64,000 nt of DNA, from the IMG/VR virus record IMGVR_UViG_3300032213_003338, positions 1 to 64,000 of that record. One strand, written 5' to 3'. The stretch is from a virus. Position 1 is the stretch's first letter, and each line of letters begins with the position of its first letter. Shown one piece after another: positions 28,012 through 37,889 of this stretch. Position numbers and translations under genes: made by a program. The notes below the pieces were generated by a model. It did no database searches. It was not told the DNA's origin and saw only the letters and a program-made list of their open reading frames with translations.

Positions 28012-28490
28012 AGTCATGCACTCTGTACATCATCCGTGGGTTGCCGGGATCTGGAAAGTCCACACTTGCGCATCGGCTCGTGGGCGACGGCAACTACTTT
28101 GAGGCGGACATGTACTTCACAGATCCCAAGACTGGTGAGTACAAGTTCGATCAAACCAAGTTGCGCGAGGCTCATGCGTGGTGCTTGGAGAGCACCAAGA
28201 AGGCCATGCGCAGTCGCTATGAGACCTTTACGGACAATGTTCCGTGGGATCCCAATGGTGAGCCAGTGACAAGCCATGGAATCGGTGACCCAACTCCCGT
28301 TGCTGTTTCGAACACATTCACCCAACTCTGGGAGATGCAGCCGTACATCGACCTGGTGAAGAGTGAAGAGTTCTCAGCGGACTGGGAAGTGTGCATTGTT
28401 GAGCTGCACAACAACTTTGGAAGTGTTCATGGCGTTCCCACCGAAGCCATTGAACGCATGCGCAGTCGGTGGGAGAAAATCGGAGAATGA
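28008..28490 (+). CDS. P-loop kinase/ATPase (AAA_33, polynucleotide-kinase-like)
   Basis: IIRGLPGSGKST, FEADMYF, VSNTFTQLWE, SVHGVP..IERM. Confidence 0.85.
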   Translation: MKSCTLYIIRGLPGSGKSTLAHRLVGDGNYFEADMYFTDPKTGEYKFDQTKLREAHAWCLESTKKAMRSRYETFTDNVPWDPNGEPVTSHGIGDPTPVAVSNTFTQLWEMQPYIDLVKSEEFSADWEVCIVELHNNFGSVHGVPTEAIERMRSRWEKIGE

Positions 28491-28491
28491 C

Positions 28492-28704
28492 ATGGACGAA
28501 GAAATGATCAACTTTTTCAACCTGTGTGGGAAGATCCAGGACATGATGCTTGCGAATGAGCGGCTCAGGGAAGAGAACGCTCGTCTCAAGGATGAGGTCA
28601 AGAAGGTCCGAAAGGATCGTGAGGAAGGATTCCAAATTTCTGCACAGGGACACAAGCAGCTCATCGACGCTTTGATCAGCGGAGATCTGAAGCTGAAAAC
28701 ATAA
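28492..28704 (+). CDS. Small coiled-coil protein
   Basis: GGAG RBS, start MDEEM. Confidence 0.6.
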   Translation: MDEEMINFFNLCGKIQDMMLANERLREENARLKDEVKKVRKDREEGFQISAQGHKQLIDALISGDLKLKT

Positions 28705-28838
28705 ACACAGTCTGTGCGGGGGAAACCTCTCACAGACAATTCTGCAGGGGCGCCTGCAGTAGCCACTCTTTCCTGAAATGTCTCAGGTTGATGGCTTAAT
28801 ACGCTTTGTGTGACTCAGTCACACAGAAAGGGTTGGTT

Positions 28839-29267
28839 ATGACCAACTCCACCGTTACTTCGTCCGTCACCACCTCGCCCGCCAACGTCGCCCGCAACGC
28901 GACCAAGAAGGAGGCCACCCGCGTGGCTGAGATCGTGGTCGAGTTCCGCAAGGCTGGCACCGCGTCGTCTGCGGTGTCTCAGGTGCGCCGCGTCGTGGGC
29001 CAGGTTCTGAACACCCGCACCATGAGCGCCGAGGACCGCGTCATCGCGATCACGGCAGGCTACGAGGCGCTGAAGGCGCAGATCGTGGCGCTCGTGGAGC
29101 AGGAGGCTCAGGCGGCGCTGGAGCTGTCGCAGATCCCGGACGGCACCACCGGTCCGGGCGGTATCCACATCGCTGATGTGAAGACGGAGATGTTCGCTGC
29201 CGCCTCGAAGAAGACGGCAACGGAGAACAACAGCTCTGCGCTCCGCAAGGCTGGCATGCTGGCGTAA
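28839..29267 (+). CDS. Ala-rich early protein, paralog A
   Basis: Shares GTTGxGGIH..D..TExFAA..ENN..AL motifs with 30460-30873. Confidence 0.8.
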   Translation: MTNSTVTSSVTTSPANVARNATKKEATRVAEIVVEFRKAGTASSAVSQVRRVVGQVLNTRTMSAEDRVIAITAGYEALKAQIVALVEQEAQAALELSQIPDGTTGPGGIHIADVKTEMFAAASKKTATENNSSALRKAGMLA

Positions 29268-29344
29268 TTTCACTTTCGCACGAGGGTTCGGGGGTGGGGC
29301 CGAAGCGCCTCACCCCTGGCCTTCCAAGAGCAGGAGAACACGAC

Positions 29345-29635
29345 ATGAAGCAAGGAAATCAAGAGATCTCTGCCATGGTTGCGACCATGCGTGAGATGAA
29401 CGCCCAGTCAACGCTCAACAGCAGTGAAATTCTGTTGGGTAAGATCATCGTTCATACCATGATGAGTGTTTCTCAGCCAGACATGCTTTCAGAGGATGAG
29501 CTGATTGACATGCACACGTTTGTGAACAAGATCGGGCTTACTCCAGACGATCTGATTCGCATGGCAGCCAAGATCATGGCAGAGAACCTAGTTAGGAAAA
29601 TGGAAGACCACGGAATGCTTCCATACCAGCAGTGA
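29345..29635 (+). CDS. Hypothetical protein
   Basis: AGGAG RBS. Confidence 0.65.
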   Translation: MKQGNQEISAMVATMREMNAQSTLNSSEILLGKIIVHTMMSVSQPDMLSEDELIDMHTFVNKIGLTPDDLIRMAAKIMAENLVRKMEDHGMLPYQQ

Positions 29636-29657
29636 CGGTCTCATAAAAACTCCTCAA

Positions 29658-29706
29658 AGCGGCCCAGTCCGCTAAGTGAATGAATCAGACACTACTGGGA
29701 GTGTCT
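29658..29706 (+). promoter_or_regulatory. Two-hairpin kissing-loop RNA element in a 5' leader
   Basis: AGCGG-CCCAGT-CCGCT and AGACACT-ACTGGG-AGTGTCT; the two loops are complementary. Confidence 0.6.
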
Positions 29707-29728
29707 AATTTGACCAAAGGAGGTCAAA

Positions 29729-30052
29729 ATGCAGTTTGTCAAGGTTATGCAACTCGTGCACCGTGTGCACACGGATTCGAATGGTAGGTTCTTTTACTCA
29801 AGCGTCATTCCTGAGCTGAGTGAGGTTCTGTACGCAGGCAGCAACTTTGCTGCGGCGCAGGACTTCTACTACTCCTACTGCGATTCCGCACGCAAGACCT
29901 TCCGACGTGTTCCGCGTGGTTACTGTATCGAGATCGTGATCCAGGGATACATGAACTCGACAGGCCCGAGTGGGATTGTCGGTGACAAGCCATGGCAGGA
30001 TCGTATCGTGAAGGAGCGTTCCTTCGAGATTCCTGCCCATTCCATGAGTTGA
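29729..30052 (+). CDS. Hypothetical protein
   Basis: AAGGAGG RBS. Confidence 0.7.
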   Translation: MQFVKVMQLVHRVHTDSNGRFFYSSVIPELSEVLYAGSNFAAAQDFYYSYCDSARKTFRRVPRGYCIEIVIQGYMNSTGPSGIVGDKPWQDRIVKERSFEIPAHSMS

Positions 30053-30065
30053 GAAAGAGACCAAA

Positions 30066-30353
30066 ATGCAGATCACTCTGTCAGAAGCTGTACAGAAGAT
30101 CGAAGAGGCCAAGGAGTCTGGCCGTGTCTTCGGCGTAACCTTCGTCAAGCGCACCGATGGAACTACGCGTGAGATGAACTGTCGTGGCGGTGTAAAGAAG
30201 GGTGTGACTGGACAGGGTATGAAGTACGACCCTGCATCCAAGAACCTAGTCACCGTCTTCGACATGCAGAAGGGCGAGTTTCGCCACATCAACCAGGACA
30301 CCATCACTCGTGTCACCATGAACGGTGTTACGTTCACCGTTGTCAAGGACTGA
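30066..30353 (+). CDS. SH3-like beta-barrel phage protein
   Basis: FGVTFVKRTDGTTREMNC..VFDMQKGEFRHI. Confidence 0.7.
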   Translation: MQITLSEAVQKIEEAKESGRVFGVTFVKRTDGTTREMNCRGGVKKGVTGQGMKYDPASKNLVTVFDMQKGEFRHINQDTITRVTMNGVTFTVVKD

Positions 30354-30459
30354 CACTCAAACTCCTCATTTAGGCAACTCAAAAGCCTAACAAAGAGACA
30401 ACACCATACCGTGTTACTAGTGTTGATTCACACGCAACTTTCACTTAGGACTTAGAACC

Positions 30460-30873
30460 ATGACCACTCTCAACACCTCCGTCGAAATCCTCGCCTCCAG
30501 CACCATCGACGCCACCAAGAAGGGCGCAGCCAAGCTGACGACCCTGGTGACGGAGTACCGTGACGACAAGGCGACTCCGTCGAAGGCCATGTCTCAGCTC
30601 AACGCCCAGGTCGCGTCGCTCCTGAACGCGTCCGTTCCGGTCACCGAAGAGGCCCTACGTGCTTTCGGTGAGTCCGCGAAGGCAGCTGCTATCGCAGCTA
30701 TCGATCGCCAGATGGAGCGGGCTGTTGCTCTCGCTGGCATCGCACGTGGCACCACCGGCAAGGGTGGCATCCACCGCGACGACGTTGTGACTGAGCTGTT
30801 CGCTGCTCAGAAGAAGTCTCAGGCGGTGGAGAACAACACGGCAGCTCTCAAGGCTGCTGGTGTTCGCGCTTGA
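30460..30873 (+). CDS. Ala-rich early protein, paralog B
   Basis: Paralog of 28839-29267. Confidence 0.8.
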   Translation: MTTLNTSVEILASSTIDATKKGAAKLTTLVTEYRDDKATPSKAMSQLNAQVASLLNASVPVTEEALRAFGESAKAAAIAAIDRQMERAVALAGIARGTTGKGGIHRDDVVTELFAAQKKSQAVENNTAALKAAGVRA

Positions 30874-30892
30874 TCTGAGCTGACGAGTAGTG

Positions 30893-30935
30893 TGGGGGTG
30901 GCGTTCAGTGTGGGCGCCACCCCCCCTTTCTCTTT
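30893..30935 (+). terminator. Intrinsic terminator
   Basis: GGGGGTGGCG...CGCCACCCCC followed by a T-rich tail. Confidence 0.7.
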
Positions 30936-31708
30936 CGAGGTTTTCTGTTGTCCAAAAAGCTTACAGAAGAAGATCGTGATCGTGTTGCTTGTTCAGTTTC
31001 TCGTGCAGGCATGAGTCTTGTAATGCTATGCGAAGAAACTCAAGATCCTGTCTTGTCATCAAAACTGAATAAGATTTTGAACGACGTCAGATCCGCAAAC
31101 GAGACACTTTGCCAAAAGCAAGGAGACACAGATGAGAACTGGAATGATGACGAATTCTGGCTTTACGTCAACTGATCAGAGTGATTTTGGGCATAGGGGT
31201 TTCTGCATAGAGTTTTCTAACGGATACTCTGTGTCTGTTCAGTGGGGCTGGATGAATTACTGCTCAAACAGAGGCGACGCGCAAAATCACAAAGACAGAG
31301 TGAGCACCTCGTTCAATTCCAAGACTGCAGAAGTTTTGCTCATGTGGAAAGGTGAGTTTGTTCCGGTTAATAAATTTCCACGTTCTCTTTTTCTAGCGTG
31401 GCAATACTCATTTGATGACTTTGGTGTTGCCGGAAATCTCTCCGCAGATTCAGTTGGTAGGCTGATCAGAGATGTTGTTTCTCTGGATAGAGAGCCTCTC
31501 GATTGACTGCAGAAGCAGAAAAACTCGCGTCTTGTGTTCGTGCATACATGGAATGTGTGTACGGTAGCTCTTCAAAACAGGAACAGGAACTAGCAAGGAC
31601 CGCAATGTTTCTGGCTTTGGCTCTTTATGACAAAGCTAGAAAGAGAAGCAAGGAATCGGAATAGAGCCTGGCTTTTTCTCGCAACACTAACAACAATTCT
31701 TTTGCACT

Positions 31709-31930
31709 ATGGACACAGTTAAAAACTGCGTTGGATGCGGATCTCTCATACCGCAAGCTCGCATAGAAGCTTTGCCAAACACGTCCAGGTGTGTCAAGTG
31801 CTCAACCGAAAAACCAATGAAGGGTTACATGGTCTTTGGTCATAAGACCGCGCCTGATCTCATTTGTGTGCCAACAGAAGACTTGGAAGCAATAAGAATC
31901 GCAGATCGTGCAAACTCTAGGTCACGCTGA
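31709..31930 (+). CDS. TraR/DksA-type C4 zinc-finger protein
   Basis: CVGCGSLIPQARIEALPNTSRCVKC. Confidence 0.8.
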   Translation: MDTVKNCVGCGSLIPQARIEALPNTSRCVKCSTEKPMKGYMVFGHKTAPDLICVPTEDLEAIRIADRANSRSR

Positions 31931-31957
31931 CACGAAAACTCCTCAAGGAGATCACTC

Positions 31958-32581
31958 ATGAACATCACTTTTGGCTCTCGTCATCGTCCGTACAAGCAGG
32001 ATCCGATTTTCTACGCTTCTTTTAATTATGCAAAGGAAAGGCGTAAGGACAATCTAGCTGAAAGAGAGCGTGCGATTTCTGCAATCGCTGGACCAAATAC
32101 GTCGCCAGAAAATCTGGTGACGATCCGTTCCATGTATGATCAGACAACTCATCTGCGAACAACTGCCCGTGAGCTTTTGCTTACGATGGACTTTGTTCCT
32201 ACGCCACCGAATGTTCTTGATAACTACAGCCATCTTCACGATGAGCTGTGGACGTCAATCGAGTGCCTGGCCAAGTGTGGTGTTTACTTGCTTCACACAA
32301 ATCATCTGTCTGACATCGACTTGTACTCTCGTCTGTACTACAAGATCTTTGACGAAGAGTGTGCAATCATGCCTCCTAGTAATGAGGCTCATGAGTACAT
32401 TGACTGCATGCACGAAGTCGATCGATTTTTCCTGAATGATCAGATTGACACTAGCACTAGCAAAAATGAGAGCATTTACGCAAGGGGACCAATCTGCAAG
32501 AAGTTCACAAGAGAAGCTGCAAGCAATGCGTTTTCGCACAGCCGAGACTTTTTCCTTCCTCGTCCTGACAGCATTATCTGA
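31958..32581 (+). CDS. Hypothetical protein
   Basis: 207 aa, AAGGAG RBS. Confidence 0.7.
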   Translation: MNITFGSRHRPYKQDPIFYASFNYAKERRKDNLAERERAISAIAGPNTSPENLVTIRSMYDQTTHLRTTARELLLTMDFVPTPPNVLDNYSHLHDELWTSIECLAKCGVYLLHTNHLSDIDLYSRLYYKIFDEECAIMPPSNEAHEYIDCMHEVDRFFLNDQIDTSTSKNESIYARGPICKKFTREAASNAFSHSRDFFLPRPDSII

Positions 32582-32604
32582 GGCTTATAAGAAAGGATCA
32601 TCAA

Positions 32605-32991
32605 ATGGGACTTGATCAATGGTGCTACGCGTGTGATTGCGATGAAATCCCTGATGGGGTTCGTGTTGACTTTTGCAGACCAGACTCCAGTGTTGAAATC
32701 GCTTACTGGCGAAAGCATCCTAATCTCCATGGCTGGATGGAGGATCTCTATAGAAAGCGTGGTGGCACTGATGAGCAGTTTAACTGCACTGCGGTTGAGC
32801 TGACACTGAGTGACCTAGAAAATCTCGAGGACTCCATTCGAGAAGATGGTCTTCCTGATACTGTTGGCTTTTTCTTTGGTCAGTCTTACAGAGATGAAGA
32901 ACAGAGAAAGGAAGATCTTGACTTTGTAGAAAGAGCTAAGAAGTTAATCGTTGAGGAAGACAAGCGAATCTTCTACACTTCTTGGTGGTGA
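32605..32991 (+). CDS. Conserved phage hypothetical protein
   Basis: MGLDQ..YWRKHPNLHGWM..FYTSWW pattern that I recognise as common in phages. Confidence 0.75.
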   Translation: MGLDQWCYACDCDEIPDGVRVDFCRPDSSVEIAYWRKHPNLHGWMEDLYRKRGGTDEQFNCTAVELTLSDLENLEDSIREDGLPDTVGFFFGQSYRDEEQRKEDLDFVERAKKLIVEEDKRIFYTSWW

Positions 32992-33540
32992 ATCATTTCT
33001 TTCTAGAAGAAGAATCATTCACACAAAGCGTTGATCAACACGACAAACCCCAATACATAATGGATACTGAGAATGGGCATTCTACAAGAAAATGTCCAGA
33101 TTCAAAAAGAAAGTAAGAAAGTGCGAAACCTCAGCAAGCAGAAGGTAACTCTTATTGTTGTTCTGTTCATCGTAAGTCTTTGCATCACAGGTGTTTGCTA
33201 CTACATGGCCTGGAAGGGTCAGTATTGGGGACTTTGTGGTGCATTTGGACTTACTTTGTGGAGTGGTGTGGCTAAGGTTATTGGCAAAGCAATCACGGAG
33301 GCCTGATATGAATTTTGAAATCACCAAGAATTGCGTTGTTACTCACAAGTCTTACACTGTCTTTGTTCAGCTACAGGACTTTGTGGATTGGCAGGAACGT
33401 AGAAAGCTAGCCAAGAATGCTTTTCCTTATCTGAGCACAGCAGATAGGGAGTTCATCATTAGTGGTATTTCTCCTGATGGATGGGATCAGATCTTTACCG
33501 AAGACGCTTCTGACGAGTCATAACCAAAAAAATAGCCATA

Positions 33541-33849
33541 ATGAGCCAAAAGAGAAAGCACGCACGCAATATCCGATTCGCCTCTCAACACCTGATGAGA
33601 AAGGCAAACAGAGCAGCAGCAAGACTGGATAAGGCGACCAACAAGGATCTTGTGGAGTTTTATGATCTTCTCTACACAGATCTATCAAACGCTTGGATGA
33701 ACGCAAACAAGCGCTACACCGAATGGGAAGCACGAAACGGGTATCTGGATGATGATTGGTCTCCTATGGACGATAGCAGAAATTACTATCGCTACGAGGC
33801 CTGCATGAGTGTTGGTGACTACGAAGGTGCAAACGACTGCTTTCGTTAA
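33541..33849 (+). CDS. Hypothetical protein
   Basis: 102 aa ORF in the early gene run. Confidence 0.6.
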   Translation: MSQKRKHARNIRFASQHLMRKANRAAARLDKATNKDLVEFYDLLYTDLSNAWMNANKRYTEWEARNGYLDDDWSPMDDSRNYYRYEACMSVGDYEGANDCFR

Positions 33850-34185
33850 GACCACATAAAACACTCTAAAACCACAAAAACACACCACCACAACATCCAC
33901 AATACTGTTGTGAACACAGAAAACCGCGAAAAACCAAACTTTCATTTGAGGACTTCTGTGAAAGATAATTTACCTGATGAAACTCCTCAGAATCCACCCG
34001 TAGACCGCGAGTCTCTCCATACCCTTATCTGTCTTACTCCTATGTATACAGATGGGATTGTTAAGACGGAGTGGGTTCGAATACAGTGTTCAAATACGCT
34101 CAAAAAGCAGCCCTGGCTGCTCAGAAACGCGTTTTGTGCTTTGGCGTGGGATAAGATCCGTGGACTTTTCTTTGACTGGAGACTG

Positions 34186-34509
34186 ATGATGGCACGATCC
34201 AAGGACGCAAATAAGAAGGAAACGATTAAGGTAATGTCTACTGACGTCCAGCTTACCAACGATGACAGGCAGTTGTCTATTTACGAACTGCTTTACGCCA
34301 CGCAATGTCAGGCGATTTCCGAATTCATTGAGATGATGGCTCGTGACGGAAACATGACCGATGAGCAGCTTGACTTTATTCAGAGGAAGCTTCTTGGCGG
34401 TCTTTCTGATAGCGCAAAGGCGGCTCTTGTCATTCGCGCCATGTACGGAAATCGAAAGGATCAATTTACCTTTGCCGACAAGACAAACCGCAAGCCGGAG
34501 GCTTTCTAA
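34186..34509 (+). CDS. Hypothetical protein (start reassigned to MMARS)
   Basis: GGAG RBS before 34186; the upstream part of the 33910 ORF looks non-coding. Confidence 0.6.
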   Translation: MMARSKDANKKETIKVMSTDVQLTNDDRQLSIYELLYATQCQAISEFIEMMARDGNMTDEQLDFIQRKLLGGLSDSAKAALVIRAMYGNRKDQFTFADKTNRKPEAF

Positions 34510-34886
34510 TGCTTACTCATGAAATTGAATTTGATACGAAGACACTCAAGAACAAGCCATTCTGTGATGTGATGCGGCGTGAGTTTGGGGACTTTAACAA
34601 GATCGCCGTTCAGTTTTCTGTTACCAAATGGCGTTCTTTCCTTGAATCTCCAAGGCATTATACATACGAAGCAAAGGAAATCCTTGTTCACAGTGTTTAT
34701 GCCACAAATACCGAAACAGAAGATTACGTTGAATACGAAGATCCACAAGACGCACTGAGCGAAAACGGATACAGGCACATAATTGGCCTGTGTTTTAACG
34801 AATGCTCAGAAAACCCAAATATAGTTGTGGAGTTTGTTGAAGAGGCTCTCAATAGGAACCAGCCCGACAGATACGAGGAAGCTTGA
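34509..34886 (+). CDS. Hypothetical protein
   Basis: TAATG coupling to the previous gene. Confidence 0.65.
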   Translation: MLTHEIEFDTKTLKNKPFCDVMRREFGDFNKIAVQFSVTKWRSFLESPRHYTYEAKEILVHSVYATNTETEDYVEYEDPQDALSENGYRHIIGLCFNECSENPNIVVEFVEEALNRNQPDRYEEA

Positions 34887-35135
34887 TATGGAACCGAAGA
34901 TTGATAAGGCTTGTGCCGAGCACATTTCTCGTGAAGTCAATAAGATCCTGAGAATGGCAAGTCCCAAGATGTCTGAGGAGGACTTTTTCAGCATTGAAAT
35001 GGCTGCAGAGGGTCTCATGCAGTACATTTACAAGAACTCTATGACTGAAGAAGAGGAAGAAGACCAGACCCTTCTGGATGAGCAAACGGCAAATTACTAC
35101 AGAGATCTTGGTCTGTAAATAAAAGGAAGCAACCA

Positions 35136-36029
35136 ATGAATGACACGGAAATCATAAACTCATTGATGCGTATTGACGGAAGATCGCAGAGCATCAATAT
35201 GATTGCTGCTAATCAAATTCGAGATCTAAATATCGAAATCGAACGCCTTCGCGCCGAGCGCGATGAGGCAAGACAAGAGGTATGCTCTCTTAAAAGTCTA
35301 GATCGTTGTTGTGTAATTTCCCCAAAGGGATACGCAGAATTACGAAAGTGGGACTGTTTCTCCAAGGAGGATGGCAAGTGAGCGAAGAAGAGCGCGAGTA
35401 CCTGAACGAAACGATCAGGAACCTCAACAGTCAACTGGTTGATGCGTTGCGTGAGCGCAACGAGGCGAGGCGGGAGGTGTGCCAGTGCCGCTCCACTTCA
35501 TACCCACATGACATGAAGGAAGTATATGAAATTGCAGATTCCCGTGGTTGGGACTGCTACAAGGAGGACGGCAAGTGAACAGAGAACGCTACATCGAACT
35601 CAACACCACGGGACAGGATCTCACCCCCGAAGAGTGGGATCAGGGTTGGCATTGGTGTGTTGAATGGGATGGCTTGCTTGTAGGCCCGAACACCGAAGAG
35701 GCTCTTGTCTGCTCTTGCAACCATCCTGTCATCGAAGCATGGAAGCAGTCTGATGCTGGCAAGAAGTTGCAAGAGGAACTTGATAAGCGGTTTGAAGAAA
35801 TTAATGAAAAAAACTTCCTCATGGAGGACGGCAAGTGAGCAAGAAGAAGCGCAAGACCAAGATCACGAAGACTCAGCGAATCGAACAGCAACTCAAGTTG
35901 CTGTACAGGACAATGGATGAGTATCGGGACATGGAAAACAAACTGGTCGCAACTGGTGATCGGATGTTCCACCGCATCTACCAACTGGAACAGATTGCGC
36001 GAGGCTGGGACAAGGAGGACGGCAAGTGA
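35136..36029 (+). repeat. Four consecutive small genes (35136-35381, 35378-35578, 35575-35838, 35835-36029) joined by a repeated GGAGGAYGGCAAGTGA junction
   Basis: Repeat copies near 35364, 35561, 35821 and 36012; all four proteins end in EDGK. Confidence 0.85.
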
Positions 36030-36526
36030 GAATCATCATGATGGTCGAAATTTCTGATGGCGAAACCGAGTCTTTTTGGTCGCAGTTTGAAAAGATGGTT
36101 GAAGATTCGAAAGTTGAGGGTTTTTTCTCGCTTTGTCAAAACGGAAACTCCCTTGCCCATGAGCTTCCTCCGCATATGTCACACGAGAAATCTTTGGCTC
36201 AGGCGATCTCTGCTATGGAGCAGGACTTTCTTTGTGATTCTAATGAGCATGTTAGAACTGAAAGAACTGGAGAAGAGCATCTTAGCCTAGCCTATCAGGA
36301 AGAGGCTAGACAGGCTTGGTATGAAAATACTTACGGGCCAGATGGAGGAGAATTTGATGACCGAGATGATTATGACCCAAGAGAAGATGATGATTTAGAT
36401 GAAGAAGTTGACAGTGGCGATTTGAGCGACTCAATGAATAAGATTTGCGACAAATACGAAGACGTTTTCAAGAGGCTTAGTGAAACAGACTCAAAAGAAA
36501 ATCCGCATAAGGAAGGTGCTGACTAA
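36026..36526 (+). CDS. Acidic hypothetical protein
   Basis: Starts at the fourth junction repeat. Confidence 0.65.
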   Translation: MRIIMMVEISDGETESFWSQFEKMVEDSKVEGFFSLCQNGNSLAHELPPHMSHEKSLAQAISAMEQDFLCDSNEHVRTERTGEEHLSLAYQEEARQAWYENTYGPDGGEFDDRDDYDPREDDDLDEEVDSGDLSDSMNKICDKYEDVFKRLSETDSKENPHKEGAD

Positions 36527-36610
36527 TGGACCAGCAAACAATCATGCATATGTTTATTTCTGATCTCTCAACCGCCATTTTTACAAACAAGCCAGTCAAG
36601 GAGGTCTTTG

Positions 36611-37369
36611 ATGCCTACGAACAAACTTTCAGAGTCTGTGCTAAGTCTTCCGGTAATAACGACATGGGTAATTCAGAGGTACAAGGGGAAAATCTCAGCG
36701 GATCTGCAGAAGTTCAAGACAATCAAGCAGGCTGATCTGGTTCACGGTAAGTTTTCGTCCCCGTCAAAAATGCCGGGATGGGGATACGCCTTGCCGTCAA
36801 GCAAGTGCAAGACAGGTGGAAAGCTGAGGTTTGTTGCTGGTTCTGTTTGCTTTTCTTGCTATGCAGCTGACGACTGGGCTTGGGCCAAGCAAGGAGGCCA
36901 TCACTCAAACTATCCCTGGAGCAATGTAAAGTCAGCAAACGCAAGGCGATTTGAGTCTTTGACTAATCAGCAATGGGTTCCATCAATCGTTTTCACCATT
37001 CTCAAGAGAAAGTGTAAGGAGTTTAGGTGGCACGACAGCGGAGACCTCCAGTCGCTTAATCACTTTTTCAATATCTGCAAGGTTTGCGAGAACACACCGA
37101 ATACTATTCATTGGCTTCCTACAAGAGAGTACGAGATCATTGATTCGGTTGATTTCAGTATTCCTGACAACCTTTGTGTTCGTGTTTCTGCACATATTGT
37201 CGGAAAGAACGCACCAAGACGATTCGCTAACACATCAATAGTTGTAGATGACCCTTCTGGTCACCAACATGTTTGCCCTGTGACAACAGACGAAGACCGT
37301 AAAAACTGCGAAGACTGCAGAAACTGCTGGGATAAATCGATTCCAACAATTGCTTACGTGAGGCACTAA
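36611..37369 (+). CDS. Gp88-like Cys-rich phage protein
   Basis: SKMPG..C.TG.KL..GSVCFSCYA, FRWHDSGD, HWLPTRE, CEDCRNCW; AAGGAGG RBS before 36611. Confidence 0.7.
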   Translation: MPTNKLSESVLSLPVITTWVIQRYKGKISADLQKFKTIKQADLVHGKFSSPSKMPGWGYALPSSKCKTGGKLRFVAGSVCFSCYAADDWAWAKQGGHHSNYPWSNVKSANARRFESLTNQQWVPSIVFTILKRKCKEFRWHDSGDLQSLNHFFNICKVCENTPNTIHWLPTREYEIIDSVDFSIPDNLCVRVSAHIVGKNAPRRFANTSIVVDDPSGHQHVCPVTTDEDRKNCEDCRNCWDKSIPTIAYVRH

Positions 37370-37728
37370 TGAAAGACATTGCTCTTGTTTTCAAAAACGT
37401 TTACGTTCCGAACGACTCAGTTCCGTACACTATCAGAGTTGAGGCCTCTGTTGACTTCTTGAACGAGGACGAAGACGACGACGATTGTCACATGGATTTT
37501 GTTTCTTCAGTCTGGGATATCAAGGAAATCAGGCTTACTGACTACACTAGGCACAGCAAGGCTAGTGTTGAGACATCCTGGGGTGTTGGTTTTTCACTTG
37601 TTGACAACAGCGAATACAAGAAGGTTGCTGATTTTGTAAGCTCATTTGATTTTGCAGAGATGGTTTACGACAGAATCGTGTCTGGAAACACTGGATCTGA
37701 AATCATTTACGGAGACTACTGGCTATGA
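37369..37728 (+). CDS. Acidic hypothetical protein
   Basis: Coupled ORF. Confidence 0.6.
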   Translation: MKDIALVFKNVYVPNDSVPYTIRVEASVDFLNEDEDDDDCHMDFVSSVWDIKEIRLTDYTRHSKASVETSWGVGFSLVDNSEYKKVADFVSSFDFAEMVYDRIVSGNTGSEIIYGDYWL

Positions 37729-37889
37729 AGGTTATAGTCGTTTTTGATTACCCAGACATCAACGATGTAAACGGTCCACTTGCAGATGAAGAAATTGACA
37801 CCTTGACCATTGATCTAAAGAATCTTGCCAAGGATGTTGGATACAAGTGGTACATTGATGATGTGGTAGGCTAATAAAAGGAACAAGTC

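Noticed and set aside
25086-30382. Long minus-strand ORFs opposite early genes (25086-25811, 25808-26368, 26594-27085, 28815-29273, 29798-30382)
   Set aside because: They are antisense shadows of codon-biased plus-strand genes; one overlaps a tRNA.
23330-31000. GC-rich block as an inserted mobile element or host DNA
   Set aside because: No integrase, transposase or terminal repeats; the genes are phage-like; GC fades gradually with no right boundary; the AAACTCCTCA motif continues to 42.7 kb.
33973-33990. CTGATGA as a hammerhead ribozyme core
   Set aside because: I could not build stem II followed by GAAA and a cleavage triplet in the required arrangement.
35364-36031. CRISPR array interpretation of the 16-nt repeats
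   Set aside because: Spacing is about 190-260 nt, the intervening sequences are genes, and no cas genes are present.
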